A stretch of DNA of 21,095 bases from a virus. Its lineage: Duplodnaviria; Heunggongvirae; Uroviricota; Caudoviricetes. Below the pieces are notes generated by a model. That model saw only the letters and a program-made list of their open reading frames with translations, was not told where the DNA came from and ran no database searches. The stretch is from IMG/VR virus record IMGVR_UViG_2534681832_000043, one strand, 5' to 3'. Below, in pieces: positions 9,457-18,647 of the stretch (within the stretch, counting starts at the first letter, position 1; the number at the start of each line of letters is the position of its first letter). The translations under genes were made by a program, and so were the position numbers.

Positions 9457-9560
9457 ACCTGTACCACCTATACCACTTTGCTAATTCGGCATTAAAAACA
9501 ATGTGTTATAGTGGTACAGGTCAATATCTTACCTATACCAGACCTGTACCACCTATACCA
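9457..9560. repeat. iteron cluster 1 (putative replication origin repeats)
   Basis: CCTGTACC at 9458 and 9543, the inverted copy GGTACAGG at 9513, and the ACCTATACCA variant at 9467, 9531 and 9551, in AT-rich DNA immediately downstream of the primase gene. Confidence 0.6.
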
Positions 9561-9603
9561 TTAACAAACGCATTTCTTCTGGCTGGCTGAGAGGGAACAA
9601 CCA

Positions 9604-9834
9604 ATGATGAGCACACCATTTTACAAAGTGCGCCAGTTAGCTTCTTCCTCTGGCTGGCAGCTACGGTTTGAGGGGCGTTCAGACTGGCTACCCATTGCGG
9701 CATGGGCGAATGTTGAAATGTGTATTGACGGCGATACCGTTGAAATCATTATTCCCTGCGTGGCAAGTCGGGACGGCTGTATAGAGCCAACAGATATGGC
9801 AGCAGAAATCAGAGAGGTAAAACATGAGCAATAA
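9604..9834 (+). CDS. small hypothetical protein
   Basis: 76-aa ORF with GAGGGAA RBS; overlaps the next gene by 11 nt. Confidence 0.45.
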   Translation: MMSTPFYKVRQLASSSGWQLRFEGRSDWLPIAAWANVEMCIDGDTVEIIIPCVASRDGCIEPTDMAAEIREVKHEQ

Positions 9835-10561
9835 CTATTGCATACCGCAGGGAATGACCAGAACGGAGCGCGAAGAATTAAAAAGTTTCGCTACACAGTG
9901 CGGGAATGCTGGCGACATCCAAAGTCTGGAACGCACTTTAATTATGATTGCGCACTGGATGCGTCAGGGGCAAAGGGTTTCATTTACTGAATATGCCAGC
10001 CAGTGGACAGAGGCACAGCGCGAACGGAGCGACGGTAATCACTCAACACCCGAAATGGCGAAGCAATGGCCTTTCAGTGGTAAACGCTGTATCAGTCCCG
10101 GTGGTTCAGATTATTACCCTGCTGGTGTGGGAGATGAGCCATGTTGTGACGAGACTGAAATCCGCCACGCAGTGACAGTAATTACCGCTGAATACCCACA
10201 ATTTAACCTTGACGGACTGGCGCTCCACAACCGGAATGCGGACTGGGAAAACCCGCTTGATAACCCGTCATTTATCGTATCGGCGAAAAGCTGCCTGAGA
10301 TGGATCAGAGACAACGGGATGAGTAATGCCCAGATTGAGAGCTTCCCGCAGGATAACCCCACATCTGACACGTTGAAGCATGAAGTGGAGCGATATAACC
10401 AGATAAACCACCAGCACAGTGATCACCCGCACTATATCCCCAACGGAGCATTTATTGCGGCGATGGTGGCAAGCGGCTACAAGGTTAAGCCAGCGGGAAG
10501 AATGAACGCATTTTTCAATATTTCAAAAAAGGGATTATGTGCTGCTATGGGTAAAAATTAA
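9824..10561 (+). CDS. hypothetical protein
   Basis: 245-aa ORF with no recognised motif, coupled to the preceding small ORF. The pair is bracketed by the two iteron clusters. Confidence 0.55.
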   Translation: MSNNYCIPQGMTRTEREELKSFATQCGNAGDIQSLERTLIMIAHWMRQGQRVSFTEYASQWTEAQRERSDGNHSTPEMAKQWPFSGKRCISPGGSDYYPAGVGDEPCCDETEIRHAVTVITAEYPQFNLDGLALHNRNADWENPLDNPSFIVSAKSCLRWIRDNGMSNAQIESFPQDNPTSDTLKHEVERYNQINHQHSDHPHYIPNGAFIAAMVASGYKVKPAGRMNAFFNISKKGLCAAMGKN

Positions 10562-10566
10562 ATAAA

Positions 10567-10671
10567 TGGTACAGGTCTGTACAGGTGGGGAGAGGTCATT
10601 TTTACCCACCTGTACCACCTGCAGGCCGCGCCACACAAGGGTTTGTGACATGGTGGTACAGGTGGTACAGC
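10567..10671. repeat. iteron cluster 2 (same core as cluster 1)
   Basis: GGTACAGG at 10568 and 10655, CTGTACAGGTGG at 10577, CCTGTACCACCTG at 10609 and GGTACAG at 10664. This is the same core motif as cluster 1, about 1.1 kb away. Confidence 0.6.
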
Positions 10672-11035
10672 AAAAACAGCGATTTTCTTTATAAGGTATG
10701 TTTTGCTCATCTGGCAGACGGAGGTATTCGCTGCGGTTTGGCACATAGCCCAGAATAGCAAAGAGTTTTACGAGACTTTTGTAAAATCCAGTGTACAAGG
10801 GCGTGACGTTTTTGAAAGTGAGCACTACGAAATTTTCGTAGTTCAAAAAACAGCCTCTGAGAAGTTGTTATGCCTGTTCAGCAAACCATCCGCATAGCTG
10901 ATCGCGAATCAAATTACCAATGGAGCCAGAAGCAAGGGCAGAACTGAAAAGCGCCTGCCGTGAAGAGTAATGCGACACCATAAATATAGTTTTTAGAGTC
11001 CATAAAAAACCTGTCAAAACCTGACACACAGAACG

Positions 11036-11068
11036 ATGCCACCAGCTACTGAGCGGTGGCATTTTTTT
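11036..11068 (+). terminator. rho-independent terminator
   Basis: Perfect 8-bp stem ATGCCACC/GGTGGCAT with an 11-nt loop, followed by a T-tract. It is unidirectional: the reverse strand has no T-run directly after the stem. Confidence 0.55.
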
Positions 11069-11163
11069 GTGCTATTTGTTTCACATTTTGCAATGAATAT
11101 GATGAATATTGCGATTTGTGAAACTATAATAACTGTTGTTTTATACAGTTCTAAGGGGGCGTT

Positions 11164-11325
11164 ATGGCTATTTCAGTAAAGCCGGTATTGATAAGTGAGA
11201 AGCAAATGGAAGCGATAAAGAAAATTCAGGAAGAGCAGCGTAAAAAATCAGGAATTGGAGTAGCGCCAACTCTGCATGAAATTGCACGAGGGTTAATAGA
11301 TAAGGCGCTGGCAGGCTGTATGTGA
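11164..11325 (+). CDS. small hypothetical protein (possible small DNA-binding regulator)
   Basis: 53-aa ORF (MAISVKPVLISEKQMEAIKKIQEEQRKK...) below the track cutoff, found by eye. A strong AAGGGGG Shine-Dalgarno sits 5 nt upstream of the ATG. It is the first gene of the downstream operon. Confidence 0.4.
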   Translation: MAISVKPVLISEKQMEAIKKIQEEQRKKSGIGVAPTLHEIARGLIDKALAGCM

Positions 11326-11341
11326 AAATGGATGGCATCGC

Positions 11342-11803
11342 ATGGAACTAAAATTTATTGATAACCCTGTGCGATTACAGGCCTTTCTTAACGAGCCAGG
11401 CAATACCGAAAATATTGTTGAGCCGGGGCACACGTACTACATCAAGCCTGATGCGGTATATCTCGGCATCTACGAAGGATTGGTGCTGGCTGGCGTTCAT
11501 GAAGTGCGTAACTTCTGGCATAGCGTTGTTGAATGCCATGCGGTGTACGACCCCGGATTCCGTGGTGAATATGCACTGCAAGGGCATCGATTATTCTGCA
11601 AATGGCTTCTCGAAAACTCACCATTCCTTAACAGCATCACCATGGTTCCTGACACAACGAAATACGGACGGGCAATTATCCGTTTGCTTGGCGCTACCCG
11701 TGTTGGTCACCTTGATGATGCTTATATCAGATGTGGTAAACCCGTCGGCGTAACGCTTTATCAGTTAACTCGGCAACAATATAAGGAATTCAGCGAATGT
11801 TAA
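11342..11803 (+). CDS. hypothetical phage-like protein (position of P22 gp14 in an ejection-protein-like operon)
   Basis: 153-aa ORF whose stop overlaps the next start. The assignment rests on operon position and size, not a recognised motif. Confidence 0.5.
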   Translation: MELKFIDNPVRLQAFLNEPGNTENIVEPGHTYYIKPDAVYLGIYEGLVLAGVHEVRNFWHSVVECHAVYDPGFRGEYALQGHRLFCKWLLENSPFLNSITMVPDTTKYGRAIIRLLGATRVGHLDDAYIRCGKPVGVTLYQLTRQQYKEFSEC

Positions 11804-12474
11804 TTACCCATATAGCTCATAAACATCTCAATCGCGCCGTATACGAAAAAGGCGGTGATGGTGGTGCCTCTAAAGCTCAGGCGAAGGCCCAGCAGCAGGC
11901 AATTGATTTGCAGCGCGAGCAGTGGAATACGGTGATGAATAATCTCAAGCCGTATGCAGAAGTCGGATTGCCTGCTTTACAACAACTACAAGGACTGATG
12001 ACCCTGGAAGGGCAGAATAAAGCCGCGAATGATTTCTTTGGTTCTGGTTTATATAAAACACAGGCAGATCAGGCCCGTTATCAGAACCTTGTCTCAGCAG
12101 AAGCTACCGGGGGGCTTGGCTCAACAGCTACCAGTAACCAGTTATCTTCCATTGCGCCCATGCTTTATAACAATTGGCTTAGTGGGCAAATGCAAAATTA
12201 TGGAAACCTGCTAAATGTCGGGATGAATGCGGCATCAGGGCAGGCAACGGCAGGGCAAAACTACGCCAATAATACCGGGCAACTCTTGCAGGGGCTTGGC
12301 GCTATTCGTGCAGGTCAGGCGCAGCAGCCATCCAGTCTTGCGCGTGGTATTGGTGGGGCGGCATCAGGCGCTTTAGCGGGTGCGCAACTTGGTTCCGTTG
12401 TTCCGGGTATAGGTAATGTCGCTGGGGCTATTGGTGGTGGGCTTATTGGTCTTGTTGGGGGGCTTGGATTCTAA
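11797..12474 (+). CDS. Gln/Gly-rich phage internal/ejection-protein-like protein (P22 gp7-like by size and composition)
   Basis: 225-aa ORF, Q/N/G/A-rich with a glycine-hydrophobic C-terminus (GIGNVAGAIGGGLIGLVGGLGF). TAATG stop-start overlap with the next gene. Confidence 0.5.
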   Translation: MLITHIAHKHLNRAVYEKGGDGGASKAQAKAQQQAIDLQREQWNTVMNNLKPYAEVGLPALQQLQGLMTLEGQNKAANDFFGSGLYKTQADQARYQNLVSAEATGGLGSTATSNQLSSIAPMLYNNWLSGQMQNYGNLLNVGMNAASGQATAGQNYANNTGQLLQGLGAIRAGQAQQPSSLARGIGGAASGALAGAQLGSVVPGIGNVAGAIGGGLIGLVGGLGF

Positions 12475-13392
12475 TGGCGACATGGCAACTTGGCGGGCTG
12501 CCTAGCATGGCACCGCAAAATGATAATGCTCCTCGTTCTTCCGTTCCTCAGCCTGTGCAGTATCAGCAGCAGTCAAACGTAGGTTTAATGGCGCTACAGG
12601 GGCTAAGAGGCGTTGCTGAGATTAATCAGCAGGCACGTCAACAACAGCGTAAAGCAGAGTTTCAGAAAGCATATGCCGGGGCTTTTGAGTCTGGAGACAG
12701 AAACAAAATGCGCAGTCTTATTTCTGAGTATCCAGAAGAATTTGAAAGCGTTCAGAAAGGGATGGGCTTTATTGATGACGACCAGAGAAATTCTATTGGT
12801 CATCTTGCGACTAGTGCTCAAATCGCATCTTCGCTCGGAACTGGGGCATTTGGAAAATTCATAGCAGATAACGAAGATGAAATGCGTCGCTTGGGAATTT
12901 CTCCTGAGTCTGTTGCCGAAATGCATGTTAATGATCCACAGGAATTCCAGCGGCTTGCTGGTAGTATGGCACTGTTTTCTCTCGGTCATGAGAAGTATTT
13001 CGATATCAAAGATCAAATGGAAGGTCGGGATATTGAACGTGGCAAGTTGGCAGAGACAATCCGCAGCAATCAGGCCAGCGAAGCACTTCAGGCGAGAGGG
13101 CAGGATATTAGCCGAGCAAATGCGTTAACGTCAGCATATGCACCAACAGCAGCAATGCAGAATTACAATCAGTACGCTCAAATGTTAAAGGCGGATCCAG
13201 AGGGGGCGGCGGCATTTGCGGCAGCGGCTGGAATTAATACAAACGCCAAAAAATTAATGAGTGTTAGAGAAAACGATGATGGCACTGTCACAAAATACTA
13301 CACAGACGGAAGTGAAGAGCAGGGAAAACTAAACCAGCCAATATCTGGAGTGAACCGCCCCGGGTTTCCTGGAGAGTGTTTTATCTGTGAAC

Positions 13393-14283
13393 TCAGGCTG
13401 CCAGATCATCGTTTCCGATGGAAGCATAATAAGCTTTTTCTGCTTCTGCCGGAGGAGTATGGCCCAGCCTTCCCAGCAATCGTCGATTGTTATACCAGTC
13501 CACCCACGTTAGTGTGGCCAGTTCCACTTCTGCACGGTTTTTCCAGCTCTTACGGTGTATTACCTCCGCTTTGTAAAGACCATTGATGCTCTCAGCCATC
13601 GCGTTGTCATACGAGTCGCCTGTACTCCCTGTTGATGCCAGTAATCCGGCTTCTTTTAGTCGCTCCGTATAGGCCAGTGACACATACTGAGAGCCTTTAT
13701 CGCTGTGATGGATGGTGCCAGACGGACGACGGGCCCACAACGCCTGCTCCAGCGCATCCAGCACGAATGTCGTTTCCATAGACGATGAGACCCGCCACCC
13801 CACGATGTATCCGGCAAACACATCAATGATAAACGCCACATAGACGAAGCCCTGCCATGTGCTGACGTAAGTAAAATCAGCCACCCACAGCTGGTCAGGT
13901 CGTTCTGCCACGAACTGACGGTTTACGCGGTCGCCTGCGGCAACGGCTTTCCGGCTGATGGTCGTACGGACCTTTTTACCCCGGAGAACACCGGCAAGTC
14001 CCATAACCGCCATGAGACGTGCCACTGTACATCTGGCCACCCTGATTCCTTCCCGTAACAACTGACGCCAGACTTTACGCACACCGTACACCTGATGATT
14101 TTCATCGTATACGCGCTGTATCTCTCTCTTCAGCCAGTCGTCGTGCTGCGCACGGGCACTGCGTTTATCCGGATGATGTCGCTGTTGCTGACAATGGTAA
14201 TACGTTGACGGGGCAATATGCAGTTCGCTGCATACCGGTCCGACCCCGTACTGCTCACGCAGCTTATCCAGCAGTGGCATCAT
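13393..14283 (-). CDS. IS3-family transposase OrfB (DDE catalytic domain)
   Basis: 296-aa ORF overlapping the orfA stop (ATGA). It carries integrase-core-like segments ([32 protein letters not shown]). Confidence 0.88.
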   Translation of the reverse strand: MMPLLDKLREQYGVGPVCSELHIAPSTYYHCQQQRHHPDKRSARAQHDDWLKREIQRVYDENHQVYGVRKVWRQLLREGIRVARCTVARLMAVMGLAGVLRGKKVRTTISRKAVAAGDRVNRQFVAERPDQLWVADFTYVSTWQGFVYVAFIIDVFAGYIVGWRVSSSMETTFVLDALEQALWARRPSGTIHHSDKGSQYVSLAYTERLKEAGLLASTGSTGDSYDNAMAESINGLYKAEVIHRKSWKNRAEVELATLTWVDWYNNRRLLGRLGHTPPAEAEKAYYASIGNDDLAA

Positions 14284-14606
14284 TTTTTCCAGAGGCGGTC
14301 GAACTCCGCCTTCGCAAAATAAGCGGAAGCCTGGCGAAGGATATCGTTACTGCGGCGCAGTTCACGATTTTCACGTTCCAGCTCTTTCAGACGCTGACGT
14401 TCAGCGCTGGTGAGCCCACCATCACCGCCCCCGGTATCCCGCTCATGCTGGCGAACCCAGACACGCAGAGTCTCCGGCGTACAGCCAATCTTTGGGGCAA
14501 TGGAACAAATTGCCGCCCACTGTGAGTCATATTCATCCTGACTTTCCAGAACCATACGAATCGCCCGCTGACGGACTTCGGGGGAAAAACGAGTATTTTT
14601 AGTCAT
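14280..14606 (-). CDS. IS3-family transposase OrfA (HTH DNA-binding)
   Basis: 108-aa ORF with an HTH segment and a leucine-zipper-like C-terminus ([21 protein letters not shown]). Confidence 0.88.
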   Translation of the reverse strand: MTKNTRFSPEVRQRAIRMVLESQDEYDSQWAAICSIAPKIGCTPETLRVWVRQHERDTGGGDGGLTSAERQRLKELERENRELRRSNDILRQASAYFAKAEFDRLWKK

Positions 14607-15208
14607 CCTGTTTACCTCTTTCTCAGGGAGTTTAGTCTCCAGGATTTCCGGGGCGGTTCAGGAGATGGGTTTCGTCCAATAGCTTTGCCAACAGCCCAAA
14701 AGATCATGGAAAAGTCGCCAGAAGGGGCTAAAAAAGCTGCTGGATTTGCATACAGAGTTAGGGATGCTCTTGATTCAATGGATACACTGAAAGGCCAGCT
14801 TAGCCCACAGCGAGTGGCGATCATTAATAATGCTTTGGGTAATGGGACGCTGGCTAACTTAACGCTCACCCCAACAGAGCAGCAATACGTTGTTAATGCT
14901 AATGACGCAATAATGGCAATACTCCGTCAGGAAACAGGGGCAGCTATCGTACCTGCTGAAATGTCAAAATATTATCAAATGTATTTCCCTCAGCCTGGCG
15001 ACTCCACAAAAACCATTGATACCAAGCGCCGGAAGATGGAAAACCAGTTCAATTCGCTGAAAGCTGCTTCTGGTCGAGCTTATGATGCTTTGCGGGTTAT
15101 TTCAGCAGTTGACAGAGGAACTGCTTCTTCGTCGCAGACATTGCCGCAATCTGAGCAGGTATCACAGCCAGCAGCCAGCAGTAACTTTTCTTCACTATGG
15201 GGTGATTA

Positions 15209-17314
15209 ATGGCTAAAGCATGGAAAGATGTTATCGCCTCTCCACAGTATCAGGCGTTAGCACCAGAACAAAAAGCGCAGGCTCAGGAGCAATACTTCAA
15301 TGAAGTCGTTGCCCCGCAAGCCGGAGAAAGTGTAGAGCAGGCTAAGCAGGCTTTTTATGCTGCCTATCCACTACCATCAACGAATGAAATAGACCGATCC
15401 CAATCAGCAACTCAAAATATTCAACATACATCATCTGATAATTCTCTTGCGTCAGGGTATGCAAAGTTAGCTACTCAGCAAAGAGAGGGGCTTGAGCGTT
15501 CAGCAGAACAGGGAGCCAGTCTTGGGGCTGCGATGCGCGATGCTATAACAGGCGAAAGCCGAATGACTCCAGAGATGGAGAGACTGCAAAATGTCGACCT
15601 TGCCCCAGAGTTAACCTCACTCAGCATGGATGCTCTAAAAGCTCGATGGTCTCAACTTTTCGGCTCTGACGCATCTCAGGAAAAGATTCTTCAGAGCATG
15701 GGAGCGAAATTAAGGCAGGATGAGAAGGGTAACACTATCGTTTCCCTGCCATCCGGTGATTATGCTCTGAACAAGCCGGGTTTATCGCCGCAAGACGTGG
15801 CATCGTTTTTGGCTAATGCGCTGGCGTTTACACCAGCTGGCAGGGCCGGAACGGTGCTGGGGGCCATAGGGAAATCAGCAGCTACAGATTTAGCACTACA
15901 GGGAGCCACCAGCCTTGCTGGTGGAGAAGATATTGATCCGTTACAAACGGTAATTTCTGCTGGCATTGGCGGCATTGGTAAGGGGCTGGAGAATACAGCG
16001 AGTGCGGTTTCGAGGGCTGTTCGTGGTGATATGGCACCGGAAGCGAAAGCCGCTGTTGATTTTGCATCGGAAAGAAACCTGCCGTTAATGACCAGTGACG
16101 TACTGAAAGATAAAAACACTGTGCAGAGTCTGGCCCAGAAAACAGGCGAAAAAATCCCTTTTTTTGGAACGGGTACGAACAGGTTGAATCAACAACAGGC
16201 ACGGGAAAATCTGGTCAGAACATATAACGATGGTCTGGGAGGCATTTCAGATAAACAGCTTTATGAATCTGCGACTAAAGGGCAGCAAAAATTCATTGAG
16301 GCCGCAGGAAAGCGATATAACCGCATAATTGACGCTATGGGGGATACCCCTGTCGATCTCTCAAACACGGTAAAAGCTATCGACAATCAGATTGCCGTGT
16401 TAAGCCGCCCGGGCAAATCTCAGGATAGAGCCGCGGTAAAAGTCTTGCAGCAATTTAAAGACGATATCACCAGCGGACCAAATGACCTGCGTCTGGCGAG
16501 AGAAAACAGAACTGACCTTCGAAAGCGGTTCATGAATTCAAACGAGACAGTTGATAAAGACACGCTCCAGAAAGCCAGCGATATTGTCTACAAGGCATAT
16601 ACGCTGGATATGAGAAGGGCAGTAGCCCAGAAACTGGGTTCAGAAGAAGCAGCCAATATGGCAAGGGTCGATCGCTCATGGTCTAAATTCAATGACATGA
16701 TGGGAAGAACGCGCGTTCAGAAGGCAATAGCCAGCGGCAAGGCCACGCCTGAGGATGTAACAAAACTCGTTTTTAGCCAAAGCTCATCAGAACGTTCTCA
16801 GCTTTACAGGCTTCTGGATGACAACGGCAGGCAGAACGCACGGGCAGCCATAATACAGAATGCTGTAGATAAGGCGACTGATTCGGCGGGGAATATCAGC
16901 GTTGAGAAGTTTATTAACACGCTACACCGGAACAGAAAGCAATCCGCAACGTTCTTTAAGGGCGTGCACGGAAAGGAACTGGACGGCATTATTAAATACC
17001 TCAACGATACCAGACAGGCGGCAAAGGTTGACGGTCAGAAATTAAACAGCCAGAAACTTTATGGCCTGCTGGTTGGTGGAGGCGCTATAAATGCGGCAGT
17101 TCTGGCGGGGATGCTGAAAACGGCTGCGTTTGTTGTTCCTGCTGCTGGTGCCGTAGGCGGAGCAGCGAAGGCATACGAAAGCCCTGTTATACGAAATGCC
17201 TTGTTACGTCTGGCAAATACGCCAAAAGGTAGCACAGCATATGACAGAGCGATCAGTACGGTCACACAATCACTGACCACAGCAGCACAAGCATCGCAAA
17301 AGGAAGCTCAATAA
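15209..17314 (+). CDS. large phage internal/ejection-protein-like protein (P22 gp16-like position)
   Basis: 701-aa ORF with TAATG overlap to the upstream gene. Ala/Gln/Gly-rich, with a hydrophobic Gly/Ala segment near the C-terminus (LLVGGGAINAAVLAGMLKTAAFVVPAAGAVGGAAKA). Confidence 0.55.
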   Translation: MAKAWKDVIASPQYQALAPEQKAQAQEQYFNEVVAPQAGESVEQAKQAFYAAYPLPSTNEIDRSQSATQNIQHTSSDNSLASGYAKLATQQREGLERSAEQGASLGAAMRDAITGESRMTPEMERLQNVDLAPELTSLSMDALKARWSQLFGSDASQEKILQSMGAKLRQDEKGNTIVSLPSGDYALNKPGLSPQDVASFLANALAFTPAGRAGTVLGAIGKSAATDLALQGATSLAGGEDIDPLQTVISAGIGGIGKGLENTASAVSRAVRGDMAPEAKAAVDFASERNLPLMTSDVLKDKNTVQSLAQKTGEKIPFFGTGTNRLNQQQARENLVRTYNDGLGGISDKQLYESATKGQQKFIEAAGKRYNRIIDAMGDTPVDLSNTVKAIDNQIAVLSRPGKSQDRAAVKVLQQFKDDITSGPNDLRLARENRTDLRKRFMNSNETVDKDTLQKASDIVYKAYTLDMRRAVAQKLGSEEAANMARVDRSWSKFNDMMGRTRVQKAIASGKATPEDVTKLVFSQSSSERSQLYRLLDDNGRQNARAAIIQNAVDKATDSAGNISVEKFINTLHRNRKQSATFFKGVHGKELDGIIKYLNDTRQAAKVDGQKLNSQKLYGLLVGGGAINAAVLAGMLKTAAFVVPAAGAVGGAAKAYESPVIRNALLRLANTPKGSTAYDRAISTVTQSLTTAAQASQKEAQ

Positions 17315-17376
17315 CAGATGGCCATGGATGGTTGGTTATAATAGTAATTAGTATTTTTTTCAAATAGTTATGAACA

Positions 17377-17775
17377 TTAACACTTGCCTTTAACATTGCC
17401 GACAAATGAGCCTGTAAATGAGCCTATATCAGATCGACTAATTGTTCGTGTATGGATCACTTTTCCGTCATTTGAGATTGCCCATGTGACAAGCGTCAGT
17501 TGACCATCTCGATAGCTTCTTCCCATCATGGCATTCGGAGACAGCGGGTAATAATCAATACCTCCACCTATACCATCTTTTGCCAAGATAAGATCCGCCT
17601 TCTCTTTACTTATTACCAAATGAAAGGTATCTGGTATAGATGATAACTTATAGTTATACCCATCTGAACTTGAGGCTTCTTGTCCTTTCAGATCACCAAT
17701 AATCCAGCATTCAGCGTTCGCTCCAAAAGAAGCAAATAATAAACCGGAGACAACCAATCGCTTCAATTGATTCAC
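17377..17775 (-). CDS. small secreted protein with N-terminal signal peptide, unknown function
   Basis: The likely start is a GTG 7 nt after AAAGGGAGGG, inside track ORF 17377..18033, giving a 133-aa product. Signal peptide MNQLKRLVVSGLLFASFGANA, then ECW.... AT-rich. Confidence 0.5.
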   Translation of the reverse strand: MNQLKRLVVSGLLFASFGANAECWIIGDLKGQEASSSDGYNYKLSSIPDTFHLVISKEKADLILAKDGIGGGIDYYPLSPNAMMGRSYRDGQLTLVTWAISNDGKVIHTRTISRSDIGSFTGSFVGNVKGKC

Positions 17776-17929
17776 ACCAACCCTCCCTTTAGCGTTGTTT
17801 AGAATGGCAATCATCATATATCCAAGACATGGCATTTGGTACATAGCTTGGGTCGGGATTTCAAATCCGCCCCCGTTGATGGGGTCGTTACAGTACGCGC
17901 ATATCCGCTTTATGTGAAACAGGAAGATT

Positions 17930-17983
17930 TTTCTGATATCACTGCCACAGCAAAACACCAATTTCGAGACAAGTACGCGCGCG
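17930..17983 (+). repeat. copy A of a diverged ~70-bp direct repeat ending in TACGCGCGCG
   Basis: ATGTGAAACAGGAAG...TCTGATATCACT...TTTCGAGACAAGTACGCGCGCG aligns with copy C at 20844..20912 at roughly 75-80 percent identity; a partial copy B lies at 18230..18258. Confidence 0.55.
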
Positions 17984-17991
17984 AGGGGTAT

Positions 17992-18015
17992 CAGTTGCAA
18001 AATTTTTTGCAACTG
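17992..18015. promoter_or_regulatory. 24-bp near-perfect palindrome (operator-like)
   Basis: CAGTTGCAAAA-TT-TTTTGCAACTG: 11-bp arms with a 2-bp spacer, directly after repeat copy A. Confidence 0.4.
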
Positions 18016-18229
18016 CGTCCGACCAGTACGCACACGATGGCGGGGGATACCATGAAACTGTTCTCTACACGAGACAGAGTGGTGGTGATGTGTTGATTAT
18101 CGGCGTATATGCGCACAGGACGCGCTATGACGATGTTTTATGCGGGTACACCAATCACATGTATCTGGTGTGATAAATCGCGTTACATGACCTCTCTGTT
18201 GTGCTGGTGGTTATCACGACGTTCTGAAT

Positions 18230-18258
18230 CTGGCTTTTGTCTGATATTTTGCGACAAG
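18230..18258 (+). repeat. partial copy B of the TACGCGCGCG-ending repeat
   Basis: TCTGATATTTTGCGACAAGTACGCGCGCG. Confidence 0.45.
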
Positions 18259-18452
18259 TACGCGCGCGTAGCATCGAAATTATCGGATGGCGTATGCTGC
18301 TGGCAATATGAAGACCGATAGTATTAACCGAAAAGCGATTAAGGAGTGCCAACTTTTCAGTAGAGAAACTAGCCAGCACAGGGAAATGTAGAAATTACCC
18401 AATTAATAGGTAAAAGTTATTGACACACCCTGTAGTGGATAACGATATGAAT

Positions 18453-18475
18453 AAAAACCACATATAGTGGTTTTT
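18453..18475. promoter_or_regulatory. palindromic operator-like site upstream of the Abi gene
   Basis: AAAAACCAC-ATATA-GTGGTTTTT (9-bp arms), flanked by two GTGGATAAC motifs about 98 bp apart; one reads TGTGGATAA, identical to a DnaA-box consensus on the opposite strand. Confidence 0.3.
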
Positions 18476-18647
18476 CGTTAGTGATGATAGTATCTATGTT
18501 AGTTTCCTAAGTAACTGTGCATTGACATGTGGATAACTTCGGATAGAGTTACAATCAACTGAGCCCGGCCCCCTGGCTTTATCTTGTCTTAGATGAGAAA
18601 TTGTTATGGCCGGGCCTTCTTGTATCTGGAGGTAGGAAACCTTTTGT

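Larger units (their letters stand above)
13351..14660 (-). mobile_element. IS3-family insertion sequence, IS629/IS3411-like, 1310 bp, intact
   Basis: Terminal inverted repeats TGAACCGCCCCGG... at 13351 and the reverse complement ending at 14660. Flanking 4-bp direct repeat GGAG at 13347..13350 and 14661..14664. The orfA product ([41 protein letters not shown]...) matches IS629 OrfA from memory. orfA and orfB overlap in the typical IS3 arrangement. Confidence 0.88.
12474..15209 (+). pseudogene. IS-disrupted gene for a 473-aa phage ejection-protein-like protein (P22 gp20-like by size)
   Basis: The reading frame 12474..13350 continues exactly in frame into 14665..15209 (track ORF 14685..15209) once the IS and one GGAG copy are removed, giving a 473-aa product. 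Confidence 0.7.

Noticed and set aside
10703..11062. Track ORFs 10703..10897 (+) and 10868..11062 (-) as genes
   Set aside because: No RBS and odd composition, and the minus-strand ORF runs through the plus-strand terminator hairpin. The region is better explained as non-coding.
17845..17880. T-loop-like sequence (GGGATTTCAAATCC) that could be a tRNA fragment or attR core
   Set aside because: No consistent T-stem pairing, no acceptor stem and no CCA on either strand. Not supportable as a tRNA or tRNA remnant.
17836..18379. Track ORFs 17836..18096 (+), 18109..18321 (+) and 18155..18379 (-) as genes
   Set aside because: They lie in repeat- and palindrome-rich intergenic DNA, two overlap each other on opposite strands, and none has an RBS or coding-like composition. 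Treated as non-coding.
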